IMG/VR virus record: IMGVR_UViG_3300045988_138996
Coordinates: 128,001 to 192,000 of that record
Origin: a virus
DNA length: 64,000 bases
Direction: 5' to 3' (one strand)
Part shown: piece after piece, positions 49,001-57,379 of the stretch
Layout of the letters: the number at the start of each line of letters is the position of its first letter
Position numbering within the stretch: position 1 is the stretch's first letter
Made by a program: the position numbers and the translations under genes
The notes under the pieces: generated by a model
The model's input: the letters and a program-made list of their open reading frames with translations, nothing else
What the model was told of the DNA's origin: nothing
The model's database searches: none

Positions 49001-50282
49001 TGATGTATACGGTACTGAAATTGCTCGTATTAAAGACGATATGATGACAGCTCAAGAAACTGATGCTGCTATCGATGCTAAATTAGCGACTAATCTTGAA
49101 ACTCTTAAAGGCATTTTCCAAGTTAAAGGTAATTACTTAACTCGTGAAGATTTAACTAATACTCTTAAAGATGGTTACATCACTAAGAATGAATCCGATC
49201 GTTTATATCAAGGTGTAGGCAACTATGCGACTATTGAATATGTCGACGATCAAATCGGTAAAAATAAAGTTAAAATCGACGAAGTTAATACGGCTATTGC
49301 TAATAAACTTGATGTAAGTGCTGCGACTAGCCTATATCAAACTAAAGGCGATTACGTATTACATAGCGAACTCGATACATTAGCAACTACTCCGACTTTT
49401 GCAAATGCTATTAATACAGCTATTGTAGGTAAAGGTTATCTCGATAAAGAAACTGCCGATGGTTACTATGCTCCTAAAGGTCAATATGTAACGACTGAAA
49501 ATATCGAAGATGCAATCGCTACGAGTGCTGCCGTTACGGCTAAACAAGATGCTCTTACTTTCGGTAATGGTTTATCTTATGATGCCGATACAAAAACTTT
49601 GACAGCTACCGGTACTGGTGCTTCTGTTGACTTAACTCCTTATGCTAAGAAAGCTGAATCCGATGCTAAGTATGGTCCAAAAGATACTTTAACTGAAGAT
49701 CAAAAAGGTGTAGTAGAATCTATCCTTCGTGATAAGAACTATGCTACAAATGCAGATCTTGGTAGCTATAGTGCAAGCATGGATACTAACATTGGTCAAT
49801 TAAGAGCTAGTATCAATACTTTAAAAGATACTACTGTTCCAGCTATCGATACTCGTGTAACTGCATTAGAAGGCAAAGCTGCTCCTACAGATTTCACTGA
49901 AGATCAAAAGACTAAATTAAATGAAATCCTTACTGGCAAACATTATACAACTTCTGATGATATCGACAATGCTAAAGCTGAACTTAAAAATGAATTAGCT
50001 ACTCAAGATTCTGTAACTCAACTTGCTAACCAAACTCTTACAACTGCTGAAGGTAAAGTTAATGAAGCTAAAGAAGCGTTGGAAGGCAAAATCACAGAAT
50101 TGAAAAATACTGTAGATGAAATCCATGTTCCAGATTTAAGTGCTTACGAAACTCAAGCTCAAGCAGAAGCTAAATATTTAAAACTTGAAGATATCGAAAC
50201 TAAGTTAAAAGAAAAAGGCTTTATTACTCAAGCTGATTTACAACCTATTCTCGATGCAATTAAAGCATTAAAAGGTGAATAG
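46041..50282 (+). CDS. Giant Ala/Lys/Glu/Thr-rich alpha-helical coiled-coil fibre protein (1413 aa)
   Basis: AAGGAG RBS. Low-complexity helical sequence, with repeated KAD(K/V)(T/S)AL and Y-Q-P-K-G-E-Y motifs (3 exact, about 5 variant) and FTEDQKTKLNEIL-type fibre motifs. Composition differs strongly from the flanking genes. Confidence 0.7.
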   Translation: MSKKIVTRAYFGLYNPARKGLTIDTDNNNTGSQPAVYNKAVENVTKQAAENKATSAANKALAEANQAAVAKVAADLAAKQAQDVITFLSKVEAAAQYQPKGEYITDAKVAEKITEAQGKADEAAAAKFATKAELETATGGVSAQDLKTLKDAIDLLKDNPDSIAEIAKKADKDKVYDKDAIDKLIKKLNDKDTDLEKAIAKAATADDVVKAAELTEKVKAIVDLTPFAKATEVEATYAKKSDLADKADKAVIETELAKKANASDLTPLATKEEVAAKADVTALATKADQTALDNLKAEADANKAAVTAEVAARKSADTLNDAKVQGIADDVSKIKIDAAQAKVENEKALSRKADQEAVNTALAEKATKAEAAEAKQAAVDAAKEAAKANTALEGKADATALEPLATKEALKAAKDELIQAVEAAKTVAEEAKAEAKTGEAVTEAKEKATAADAKAKEVEAALVNYVTKAVADETYQPKGEYATKAEVQAIGSLDPTTLQSLKDLAQQLAGQADLTTVLDKLNKVFTKDEVNEKLAAKADVTALEEYAEKNDVISKLKDKADKVQVAEDIEAAKAVADAAVREVNTTAQQAKAKATENATGLEEAKTKVEKAIEDLGKLTTKVNDLALNGGAGGSLDAQAVADKVKEVVDAIVAQEKYVGETKLNEKLADKADVSALTAVQVKADKNASDLLAKADVSALADKADKTVFEAKATELDTKLNTLETATVPNLIDTKLTAKLAGYQEKGEYVTKEAADRDYQPKGEYATAAALEEVKTKANANEALINGLDKDTLVHTTDLDTYAKAAKVTEDISAAVAGLGDVYVAKADADVFAKKADVTTEIGAKATEIKKYADDTFATKQQLDNATIAAGGSGLTQTQVEGIVDNKLGALKDAVQTIANIQSGVNDNKSSVESILAELAKKATKDELAGKVATTDFEDAKQTLNTAITAQENALAAAKTALEKAINDKSEEAAAAYQTKVDFAAWTRDVYGTEIARIKDDMMTAQETDAAIDAKLATNLETLKGIFQVKGNYLTREDLTNTLKDGYITKNESDRLYQGVGNYATIEYVDDQIGKNKVKIDEVNTAIANKLDVSAATSLYQTKGDYVLHSELDTLATTPTFANAINTAIVGKGYLDKETADGYYAPKGQYVTTENIEDAIATSAAVTAKQDALTFGNGLSYDADTKTLTATGTGASVDLTPYAKKAESDAKYGPKDTLTEDQKGVVESILRDKNYATNADLGSYSASMDTNIGQLRASINTLKDTTVPAIDTRVTALEGKAAPTDFTEDQKTKLNEILTGKHYTTSDDIDNAKAELKNELATQDSVTQLANQTLTTAEGKVNEAKEALEGKITELKNTVDEIHVPDLSAYETQAQAEAKYLKLEDIETKLKEKGFITQADLQPILDAIKALKGE

Positions 50283-50305
50283 TTTTTATTATATAGGGGA
50301 GAACA

Positions 50306-50833
50306 ATGAGATTAATAAATGCATTAGCATTGTTATATAATATTGCTCCTCAAGCAGTCGAAACTTTCTTAACGATGTATACGATCATATTTTTTATGCT
50401 AATAATCGATACATTGTTAAGATTGTTCGCTCTTACTTTTTCGAAAAAACCTTTATGGCATTATCGAACTATTATCGATGTATTTTGGGGAGGCTGGGGA
50501 CAGCAAAAATCAAGCCGCGTATTTTATCGCGGCTTTCTCTTCAAATTATTCGAATATAGTGTTTTAAGTATTTTCGCATTTTTATTAGATGCAATTGTAA
50601 TTCCGTCGACTATCCATATGCTATATTTTCAGGATGTATTCGATATTATTGCATGGATATGTTATGGTTATATAGTATTGACCGAGTTATTTAGTTTTAA
50701 AGAAAACATGAAATTAATTCGTTATAATAACGAAATTATTAATAGTCTTCCGAAAGACGTAATCGATCGCATTACCGATGTCGACTTAAATGTTGTAAAG
50801 TTTAAATTACATGAGAAAAAAGGTAAGAAATAA
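50306..50833 (+). CDS. Holin-like membrane protein (Phage_holin_4_1 / TcdE-like)
   Basis: 175 aa with 3-4 hydrophobic helices. IIDTLLRLFA, KSSRVFYRGFLFKLFEYSVLSIFAFLLD and IVLTELFSFKENMKLI align by eye with my recollection of TcdE-type holins (FDTLLG.., SS.G..GG..K......, YESVSILKN). Confidence 0.6.
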   Translation: MRLINALALLYNIAPQAVETFLTMYTIIFFMLIIDTLLRLFALTFSKKPLWHYRTIIDVFWGGWGQQKSSRVFYRGFLFKLFEYSVLSIFAFLLDAIVIPSTIHMLYFQDVFDIIAWICYGYIVLTELFSFKENMKLIRYNNEIINSLPKDVIDRITDVDLNVVKFKLHEKKGKK

Positions 50834-50834
50834 A

Positions 50835-51092
50835 ATGAGTAAAATATTTAAAATGATGCTATTTGAAAACGAAGGACTTAGTTACACACGCGTCATTTCT
50901 TTTACGTTATTATTGTTATTGGTCGGTGTTACGTTATACTTAGTAATTACAGGACATAATTGGCAACACTACGATACGTTAGCTAATTTAACTGGTGGCG
51001 GTTCTGCTGCGACACAAATTGCTAATAAATTTATAAATAGTAAATATAATAGTGAAATCGGAACATATAAGGAAAAGAATGATGCCGAGTAA
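50835..51092 (+). CDS. Small single-pass membrane protein (lysis accessory?)
   Basis: 85 aa from the ATG at 50835, 1 nt after the holin stop (track start 50811 is also possible). One TM segment (VISFTLLLLLVGVTLYLVI) and a Gly-rich polar tail. Confidence 0.55.
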   Translation: MSKIFKMMLFENEGLSYTRVISFTLLLLLVGVTLYLVITGHNWQHYDTLANLTGGGSAATQIANKFINSKYNSEIGTYKEKNDAE

Positions 51093-51702
51093 ATATTATA
51101 TTAAATGGTTAGTACTATGCGGAGCTAATATGCTCTGCATGGTACTATGCTATTTAACAAATTGGTTCGTCGTATTATTTGCTGATAAATATGGTAATTT
51201 GCCTAAAATATTTAAGCTATGGCAAACCTATGACAATTGTCTTGATATTGCTTGGATGATATATGAAGGCAATGTACCAAAGTTTGCGCGTTATGATTTT
51301 AATAAACATTATTTATATCATTACGAGAATAAAGGCGATGGATATATAATACCTGGATATGTCGATCTTATCGACGAGGATTTTACGTTAAAAGAAAAAT
51401 TCCAACGATATATATGTCGATGTGCTTGGTTATATCGTAATTGCGGATACGGATTTGCTTATTATATTTTCGGTAAATATGTACGTTATAACAACGTAAA
51501 GATAATCGTCGATCAAAAAGATTTTTTCTTTGCGATCGATGTTAAAAATAATATATTCTGTCTTAAAGACGATCGACAATGGTGTCGATACTTTAAGAAA
51601 AGTATATATTTAGGATATAAATTTGCAGGTATAAAAAATCGTAAATATCCGTTGCGATCTATGCTTGCTAATCGAATTAATCTATTTAGACTTGTTAAGT
51701 AA
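51079..51702 (+). CDS. Membrane protein, unknown function
   Basis: 207 aa from ATGATG at 51079 (AAGGAAAAG RBS), preferred over the GTG at 51052. N-terminal TM segment (WLVLCGANMLCMVLCYLTNWFVVLF) and a Cys/Tyr/Trp-rich C-terminal domain. Confidence 0.6.
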   Translation: MMPSKYYIKWLVLCGANMLCMVLCYLTNWFVVLFADKYGNLPKIFKLWQTYDNCLDIAWMIYEGNVPKFARYDFNKHYLYHYENKGDGYIIPGYVDLIDEDFTLKEKFQRYICRCAWLYRNCGYGFAYYIFGKYVRYNNVKIIVDQKDFFFAIDVKNNIFCLKDDRQWCRYFKKSIYLGYKFAGIKNRKYPLRSMLANRINLFRLVK

Positions 51703-51725
51703 TTAACAAGGGAAGGATTAATCAA

Positions 51726-52913
51726 GTGAATAAATTAAAAGTTGAATCTTTAAAGGTTAACGTATTAAAAGCGTTACAATTAAAAAAGGCAAAAGCCGAT
51801 AATAAATATAAAGATGATCAGGTATATATTCAAGAACCTGACGAAATGATTCAGAATTTTGAAGATATTCAAAATTTAAAAGAATCGAAACAAGATAAAT
51901 TAAAAGCTGGTAATTCGATTACGATTAGCAGCGATAACGAAATTAATGCCGATATCGATTTAACTCCATATTATACGAAGACACAAACGGCTAAATTATT
52001 TATGGGTCGTGACGAAACGTATACTAAAGAGGAGATCGATGAAAGAACAGGTATTAACGGGCTTCTTGCTGGCAATAATATTTCTATATTTGCTGAGGGC
52101 GGTCGCACAAAAATCGCTACGACAATTGCGTACAAGCTCAGAGATAAAGCAATGTCTATCGGTAATTCTATTTTGGGCCGTGGCACTTCCGTTGGCGTTA
52201 ATGCTTCGGCAACTGGTAGCAACAGTGTTGCATTAGGCGCAGATTCGGTTGCTACGCAAGCCAATCAAGTATCTGTCGGCAACGATACGACTAAACGTAT
52301 TATTAGTAATGTCGCAGACGGTATTGAAGCTAATGATGTGGTAACAGTAGGACAGTTAAATAAAAAATTAAGTTCAGCGCTCGATCAACTTAATCGATTA
52401 GCTAGTCAATTATATCCTGTTGGCTCTATTTATATGAACGTTAATAATGTCGATCCGGCAGCTATTTTTGGTGGCAGTTGGGAACGTATGCCTTCTGGCC
52501 GTATGCTAGTTAATAGTGGTAACGGTTTTAATCTTAACGAAGTTGGCGGCGAAAAAGAACATCGCTTAACGGAAGATGAACTAGCTTCTCATAGTCATAA
52601 TGTTAATAATATTAATGGTAATACTACAAGTACAGCAAAATTAGTTGGCAAATTTTCTTCATCTATTAGACCAAATGGAGACATAACAGATGTTTCATAT
52701 AGAGATGGTTTTGGAATAGTTTCAAAAGAAAGTGAATATGGAATTCATGCTAAGGATGGTGGAATTTCTTCACCAGGACGAAATTATGTTATTGATGCTT
52801 CTCATAATCATACTATCAATTTAAATATAAATATGTTACCATCCGGTAAAAACCAACCTCATAATAATATGCCCCCGTATATCGTTGTTAATATGTGGAA
52901 ACGTATAAGTTAA
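51726..52913 (+). CDS. Chimeric tail fibre: YadA-like head/neck repeats plus phage tail-collar domain
   Basis: GTG start after GGGAAGGA. AMSIGNSILGRGTSVGVNASATGSNSVALGADSVATQANQVSVGNDTTKRIISNVADGIEANDVVTVGQLN is a YadA head repeat plus neck pattern. LYPVGSIYMNVNNVDPAAIFGGSWERMPSGRML...GGEKEHRLTEDELASHSHN is the tail Collar pattern. Confidence 0.75.
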   Translation: MNKLKVESLKVNVLKALQLKKAKADNKYKDDQVYIQEPDEMIQNFEDIQNLKESKQDKLKAGNSITISSDNEINADIDLTPYYTKTQTAKLFMGRDETYTKEEIDERTGINGLLAGNNISIFAEGGRTKIATTIAYKLRDKAMSIGNSILGRGTSVGVNASATGSNSVALGADSVATQANQVSVGNDTTKRIISNVADGIEANDVVTVGQLNKKLSSALDQLNRLASQLYPVGSIYMNVNNVDPAAIFGGSWERMPSGRMLVNSGNGFNLNEVGGEKEHRLTEDELASHSHNVNNINGNTTSTAKLVGKFSSSIRPNGDITDVSYRDGFGIVSKESEYGIHAKDGGISSPGRNYVIDASHNHTINLNINMLPSGKNQPHNNMPPYIVVNMWKRIS

Positions 52914-52923
52914 GGAGATATAC

Positions 52924-54048
52924 ATGCCTGATCAAATACAAAATATTTCGAATGAAATTTTAGAATATAAAGATAAAATTTTCTTTAAGATGTTTAGCGA
53001 TATCTTAAAAGAAAAGAAAGCGCCTTTTCCTGAAAATATTGCGCATTATCTAAATTTGTTGATTTCGACTGTAGGAATAAGACCTGAAAGAATTATATTA
53101 GAATCTGTTAAAAAAGAAAATAATCAATATATCGTATCATTAAGAGGTCCATTCGATAGCTATATCGAAATTAACGGTATTCCGACTCATTTTGATAATG
53201 AAGGTAATATAACTGATTTTAGCGTACCGATTTTGATTAAAGCAGACGATATTCTTAATTTCTATATTTCGGTCGTTAATTTTCCTTATAAAAAAGAAAA
53301 ACCTGCTAGCTACACTAACAATAAAACAGTTCAAGATATGATTAATACTATCGAAATTTCCGATTTATTAGAAACATATAATAAAATCGAAGAACCTGCT
53401 ATCGGCGTATTAAAATATCTTAACAATATTGAAGCTACTTACGATGTAATACCTCATTGGATAAGTAAATTAGACGCTCAAAATACTACAGGTAAGGGAT
53501 TTATTAATTTTACAAATGGTTCAAATGTACCAATAAAAATAGTATTTAACAATCAGGAACATATTCTTTTAGAAAATAATTCTATCGATGTTCCATTTGA
53601 TTTAGATGAATTTTTAGAAGTTTATAAAAATCCTGAATATAATCAAGTTCATATAAATAACTCAGAAGGAACAAACGTATCGAATGTTCAAATCATGGAT
53701 CTTTTAACTCAAGAAGAGTTAAATAATGTTCGATTAACTGTAAATACTGCTATCAATAGAACTAACGATCAAGAGTTCCCGGCAAGAATTAAACCAATTC
53801 TTGCTAATACTAAGTTTTTCGGCGAAGCCGGATACTATGTTAATTTCATGGGCTCCGTTATAAAAGTACCGTCTCAAACTGAAGCCAACGGTGGTATTCC
53901 AGTATCCAAGGCTGAAGTTTTAGCTATGGATGAAAATAATAAAAAACTATTTATTTGTGATAAAGATGGGAATATGATTGGTAAATCAATTACTCCGACA
54001 ACCTTTGTTACTAATAATGTAAAAACAATAAAAGCATTGATTAAATAA
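52924..54048 (+). CDS. Member 1 of a three-gene family (conserved ~95-aa N-terminus, unique C-terminus); function unknown
   Basis: 374 aa. AAGGAG-N-TATACATGCCTGAT start region is almost identical to that of 54062. N-terminus MPDQIQNISNEILEYK...KKAPFPENIAHYLNLLISTVGI...PFDSYIEINGIP. Confidence 0.6.
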   Translation: MPDQIQNISNEILEYKDKIFFKMFSDILKEKKAPFPENIAHYLNLLISTVGIRPERIILESVKKENNQYIVSLRGPFDSYIEINGIPTHFDNEGNITDFSVPILIKADDILNFYISVVNFPYKKEKPASYTNNKTVQDMINTIEISDLLETYNKIEEPAIGVLKYLNNIEATYDVIPHWISKLDAQNTTGKGFINFTNGSNVPIKIVFNNQEHILLENNSIDVPFDLDEFLEVYKNPEYNQVHINNSEGTNVSNVQIMDLLTQEELNNVRLTVNTAINRTNDQEFPARIKPILANTKFFGEAGYYVNFMGSVIKVPSQTEANGGIPVSKAEVLAMDENNKKLFICDKDGNMIGKSITPTTFVTNNVKTIKALIK

Positions 54049-54061
54049 ATAAGGAGTATAC

Positions 54062-55642
54062 ATGCCTGATAATAAAATACAAGATATAGCTAACGAGATT
54101 ACGGCTTACAAGCCGTATACATTATTTTCTTTGATGGAAAAATCTTTAAAAGAAAATAACGCTCCATTTCCAGAAGAAATTGAATATTATTTAAAGAAAA
54201 TGATTAAATCAATTGGTATTGGCATCAACAGTCTTTTTATTAGCAATGTCGTTAAAAATGATAATAAATATACGTTTACTATTAGTACTCAACCATTTAG
54301 TTATTTAGAAATAAACGACGTTTCTCAAAATATTAAAGAAAATACTAGTATTACTGTTGAAGCCAACATCGACGAAGAAAATCCATTTCCGTATGTTAAA
54401 TTTTTATGGGCTCCTAAGAATAAAAAATTACCTGAAGGATATCAAAAACCTGAAGATAGTGAATACTTAAAAAATTGTACTAATAATTTTTCTTTAAATA
54501 AAGACGATGTTCATATTAACGACGTTGAAGTTGGTTATTTGTTATCTAGAAGTATATTCTCTACTTTTTTCCCGACAAATAAACCATATGTATCTATTCC
54601 TAATGAAGATATAAGTAAAATAAAAATTAATAATCTTGCTCCGAATAAAAAATATAACATAAAAGGATTTAAATTTACAGCCGATGAAAATGGCGAAGCA
54701 GTAATTAATGAAGCAACAAGCGTTGCCGAGAAGTTTAATGAACTTGTGACAAACGTTCCTGTTTCTTTTGACTATGACGGTAAATTTAAAGATTATATCG
54801 ATATTGCAACATATGCCGATATACCTATTACAATGGACCATTCAAAAGATAGTCTTCCATCGGTCTTTTATCGAGATTTCTTTCTTTATAATGGACTATT
54901 TGGCGATAGTGACAATTATTTACATCATATTGTAAATAATTATCATGAGCCATTAGAAATAGAATATCTAGGGGAAACAAAAATTATTCCTGTCGGACAA
55001 AATTCTGAAGAATTTAGTTCTAAAATTACTGCCGATCTTTTGTCAAAAATAAAACCAGATACAACTGAAATAAAGTTAAAAATTAAAAATAATTTTAATT
55101 ATCCTTGGACAAAAGAAATTGAGCATCCTAATCAATATAATATTTTAGGCCAAAATTGTATTCGTAACCTTACTAGTCAATCTTATTTTTATTATGATTA
55201 TTCTTTTGAAGAACTTAAAGCATTCAATTTTAATGGTAAATCTTGTAGTTTAGCAAAAAACGAATATGGATATCGCACAGATCTTGAAAGACAATTCTAT
55301 ACTGTCGATAATGTGTATAAAACTATTTCTGATACAGAAGCATCTGGAGCTGTCGATCTTCTTCCACCAGGGAACTTACCAAGTCACACAGATAATTTAA
55401 CTTTTGTTTTATGTGGAGATAAAACTTCTAGAACATCTAGAACATTTAATTTCTCCCAAGGGATAAAAACTATTAACTCGATTAAAGCTTATAAAAAAGA
55501 TGGGAATTGTCATATTCTTTTAAATTATAATACGAATACACAAAATAATATAGAAGAAGATTTAGGTTTAGAGCGATTTTTGTTTACAGAATCTGAAGCG
55601 CTTCAAGCATCTGGTATTTTAATTGCGACAGAAGAATTTTGA
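54062..55642 (+). CDS. Member 2 of the three-gene family; function unknown
   Basis: 526 aa. N-terminus MPDNKIQDIANEITAYK...NNAPFPEEIEYYLKKMIKSIGI...PFSYLEINDVS. The C-terminus is unrelated to the other members. Confidence 0.6.
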   Translation: MPDNKIQDIANEITAYKPYTLFSLMEKSLKENNAPFPEEIEYYLKKMIKSIGIGINSLFISNVVKNDNKYTFTISTQPFSYLEINDVSQNIKENTSITVEANIDEENPFPYVKFLWAPKNKKLPEGYQKPEDSEYLKNCTNNFSLNKDDVHINDVEVGYLLSRSIFSTFFPTNKPYVSIPNEDISKIKINNLAPNKKYNIKGFKFTADENGEAVINEATSVAEKFNELVTNVPVSFDYDGKFKDYIDIATYADIPITMDHSKDSLPSVFYRDFFLYNGLFGDSDNYLHHIVNNYHEPLEIEYLGETKIIPVGQNSEEFSSKITADLLSKIKPDTTEIKLKIKNNFNYPWTKEIEHPNQYNILGQNCIRNLTSQSYFYYDYSFEELKAFNFNGKSCSLAKNEYGYRTDLERQFYTVDNVYKTISDTEASGAVDLLPPGNLPSHTDNLTFVLCGDKTSRTSRTFNFSQGIKTINSIKAYKKDGNCHILLNYNTNTQNNIEEDLGLERFLFTESEALQASGILIATEEF

Positions 55643-55676
55643 CCATTTATAATATAAAATAAAAGGATAATTTAAT

Positions 55677-56768
55677 ATGTCTGAAAACAATCAAATTCAA
55701 GAAATTTCTAAATTAATAGCTTCATTATTTTCTCAAGGTTTTAAGCCAGAATTCGAGAAATTTTTAGCCGACAAAAACATTCCGTTTGCAAACCAAACAG
55801 ATTTATATATACAACGATTATTTAATAGCGTATTAAATATCCCGAACGTTGAAATTATTTCTTACGACTTTAATGGCTCTGATATTACAGTAAAATTATC
55901 TGGGCCTTTTAAATCTTATGCTAATATCAATGGTAAAGATGTTAATTTTGATAATAATGGAATTGCGACTACTGTTGTTAAAAATGCAAAAGTTTCCTCT
56001 CAAAATGAAATCTTTTTAAATTTATTAATTCAGTCTGCACCATTTAGAACAGAAAAAGATTCTTCTTTTGTTATTGATTCTTTTTCTGCAGAAGAAGATA
56101 TTGAGAGCAAAACTTTTGATCTTGCTTATGAAGAAGAAGATAGATTATATAAATTTTTAATTTCTAAAAAAATATATAACGATAGTTTATCAAATATTCT
56201 TAGAGCCGAATTTTTAAATAATAAAATTATTGTTAAAAATACAGCGCCATTCGATATTTATGTTAACAATCAAAAGATTAAGAAAAATTCTAAAATAGAA
56301 ATTCCACTTACTATTAAAAATTTATTAGATAGTAATAATACTTATTCTGGAACTATTTATGATTGGAACAATAAACAGCTAATGGGCGATTACGGATCAA
56401 TTATCTCGACACAAGCTTTTAGCGCAGATATAGAGCAAAAATTTAATGAATTATTTGACCGAACAAAAGATTATAATCAAGATGGATTATATTTTGACAA
56501 AGATTCTGCTCTTAGAGATTATAATAGTTCTAAAATTAATTTTAAAAAGACTATTGAATTCAAAAATAATAATCCTATAAAATATCATATAATCGATCAT
56601 TATGGAATAAAATCTGGTCAAGTAACTCCAGCAGATCTTAAAGATATTGTTGCTTATCAATGTCCATCTTCATTAGAAACATATTTTTATGATTCTACCG
56701 GTAAACAGAAATATATTGGAAATTTTGGCATCAATGATGGCTTTATTATTTTTGATGTAGGTGAATAA
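55677..56768 (+). CDS. Member 3 of the three-gene family; function unknown
   Basis: 363 aa. N-terminus MSENNQIQEISKLIASL...KNIPFANQTDLYIQRLFNSVLNI...PFKSYANINGKD. Unique C-terminus. Confidence 0.6.
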   Translation: MSENNQIQEISKLIASLFSQGFKPEFEKFLADKNIPFANQTDLYIQRLFNSVLNIPNVEIISYDFNGSDITVKLSGPFKSYANINGKDVNFDNNGIATTVVKNAKVSSQNEIFLNLLIQSAPFRTEKDSSFVIDSFSAEEDIESKTFDLAYEEEDRLYKFLISKKIYNDSLSNILRAEFLNNKIIVKNTAPFDIYVNNQKIKKNSKIEIPLTIKNLLDSNNTYSGTIYDWNNKQLMGDYGSIISTQAFSADIEQKFNELFDRTKDYNQDGLYFDKDSALRDYNSSKINFKKTIEFKNNNPIKYHIIDHYGIKSGQVTPADLKDIVAYQCPSSLETYFYDSTGKQKYIGNFGINDGFIIFDVGE

Positions 56769-56773
56769 TTTAT

Positions 56774-57367
56774 ATGACATACGAAGAACAATTAAAACAA
56801 GTTCGTGATAACGTTATTAAAAACGTATATCCGACTATTCAACAACAAGGTTCTTCGAACACCATGATTACTTTGCATTGGACAGCTGGTCATTACGACC
56901 AGTTGTTCGATGATTATCATATGTGTATCGATGGATCTGGTAATGTACATATAATGCAAGATTTAGATAATCGTGCTAGTCACTGTTATCGTGAAAACAC
57001 AAATAACTTTGGTATTTCGGCGTGCTCTAATTATGGTTCCGAATTAAATGGCGACGGCTTTACAGGTTATTCCACATACATACCAGGTTCTGAGCCTGTT
57101 AATGCATTACAACTCGAAGCAATGGCGACTGTTATATATTTATGTTGCGTATCTTGGTGTTTACCGTTAAGCCAAGTATTCACTCACGGTGAACGCTGTT
57201 TGGCACGTCAAGACTTATACGATTATCCGGCAGAACGTTGGGATCTTGATATACTCGTTCCAGAATGTCATACTCGTACTGAAGACGGTTTACATACTGC
57301 AGGCGGTAATTGGATTCGTAACCGTGCTCGTGAAATCGCTAAGATGAACGGAATTAATTATTTATAA
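56774..57367 (+). CDS. N-acetylmuramoyl-L-alanine amidase (Amidase_2/PGRP-type) endolysin candidate
   Basis: 197 aa. ITLHWTAGHYDQLFDDYHMCIDGSGNVHI...ASHCYRENTNNFGIS...VFTHGERC fits the Amidase_2 pattern (hWTAG....YH..Id.dG......H....N...GI....H). No separate cell-wall-binding domain is visible. Confidence 0.6.
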   Translation: MTYEEQLKQVRDNVIKNVYPTIQQQGSSNTMITLHWTAGHYDQLFDDYHMCIDGSGNVHIMQDLDNRASHCYRENTNNFGISACSNYGSELNGDGFTGYSTYIPGSEPVNALQLEAMATVIYLCCVSWCLPLSQVFTHGERCLARQDLYDYPAERWDLDILVPECHTRTEDGLHTAGGNWIRNRAREIAKMNGINYL

Positions 57368-57379
57368 TAAGGAGACACT

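Noticed and set aside
46041-50282. Possibility that the 1413-aa helical protein is the tape-measure protein
   Set aside because: It has no hydrophobic or Gly-rich segments typical of tape-measure proteins. It carries fibre-type motifs (YQPKGEY, FTEDQKTKLNEIL). It also lies among fibre and lysis genes, not between tail-tube/chaperone and baseplate genes. This cannot be fully excluded without proteomics.
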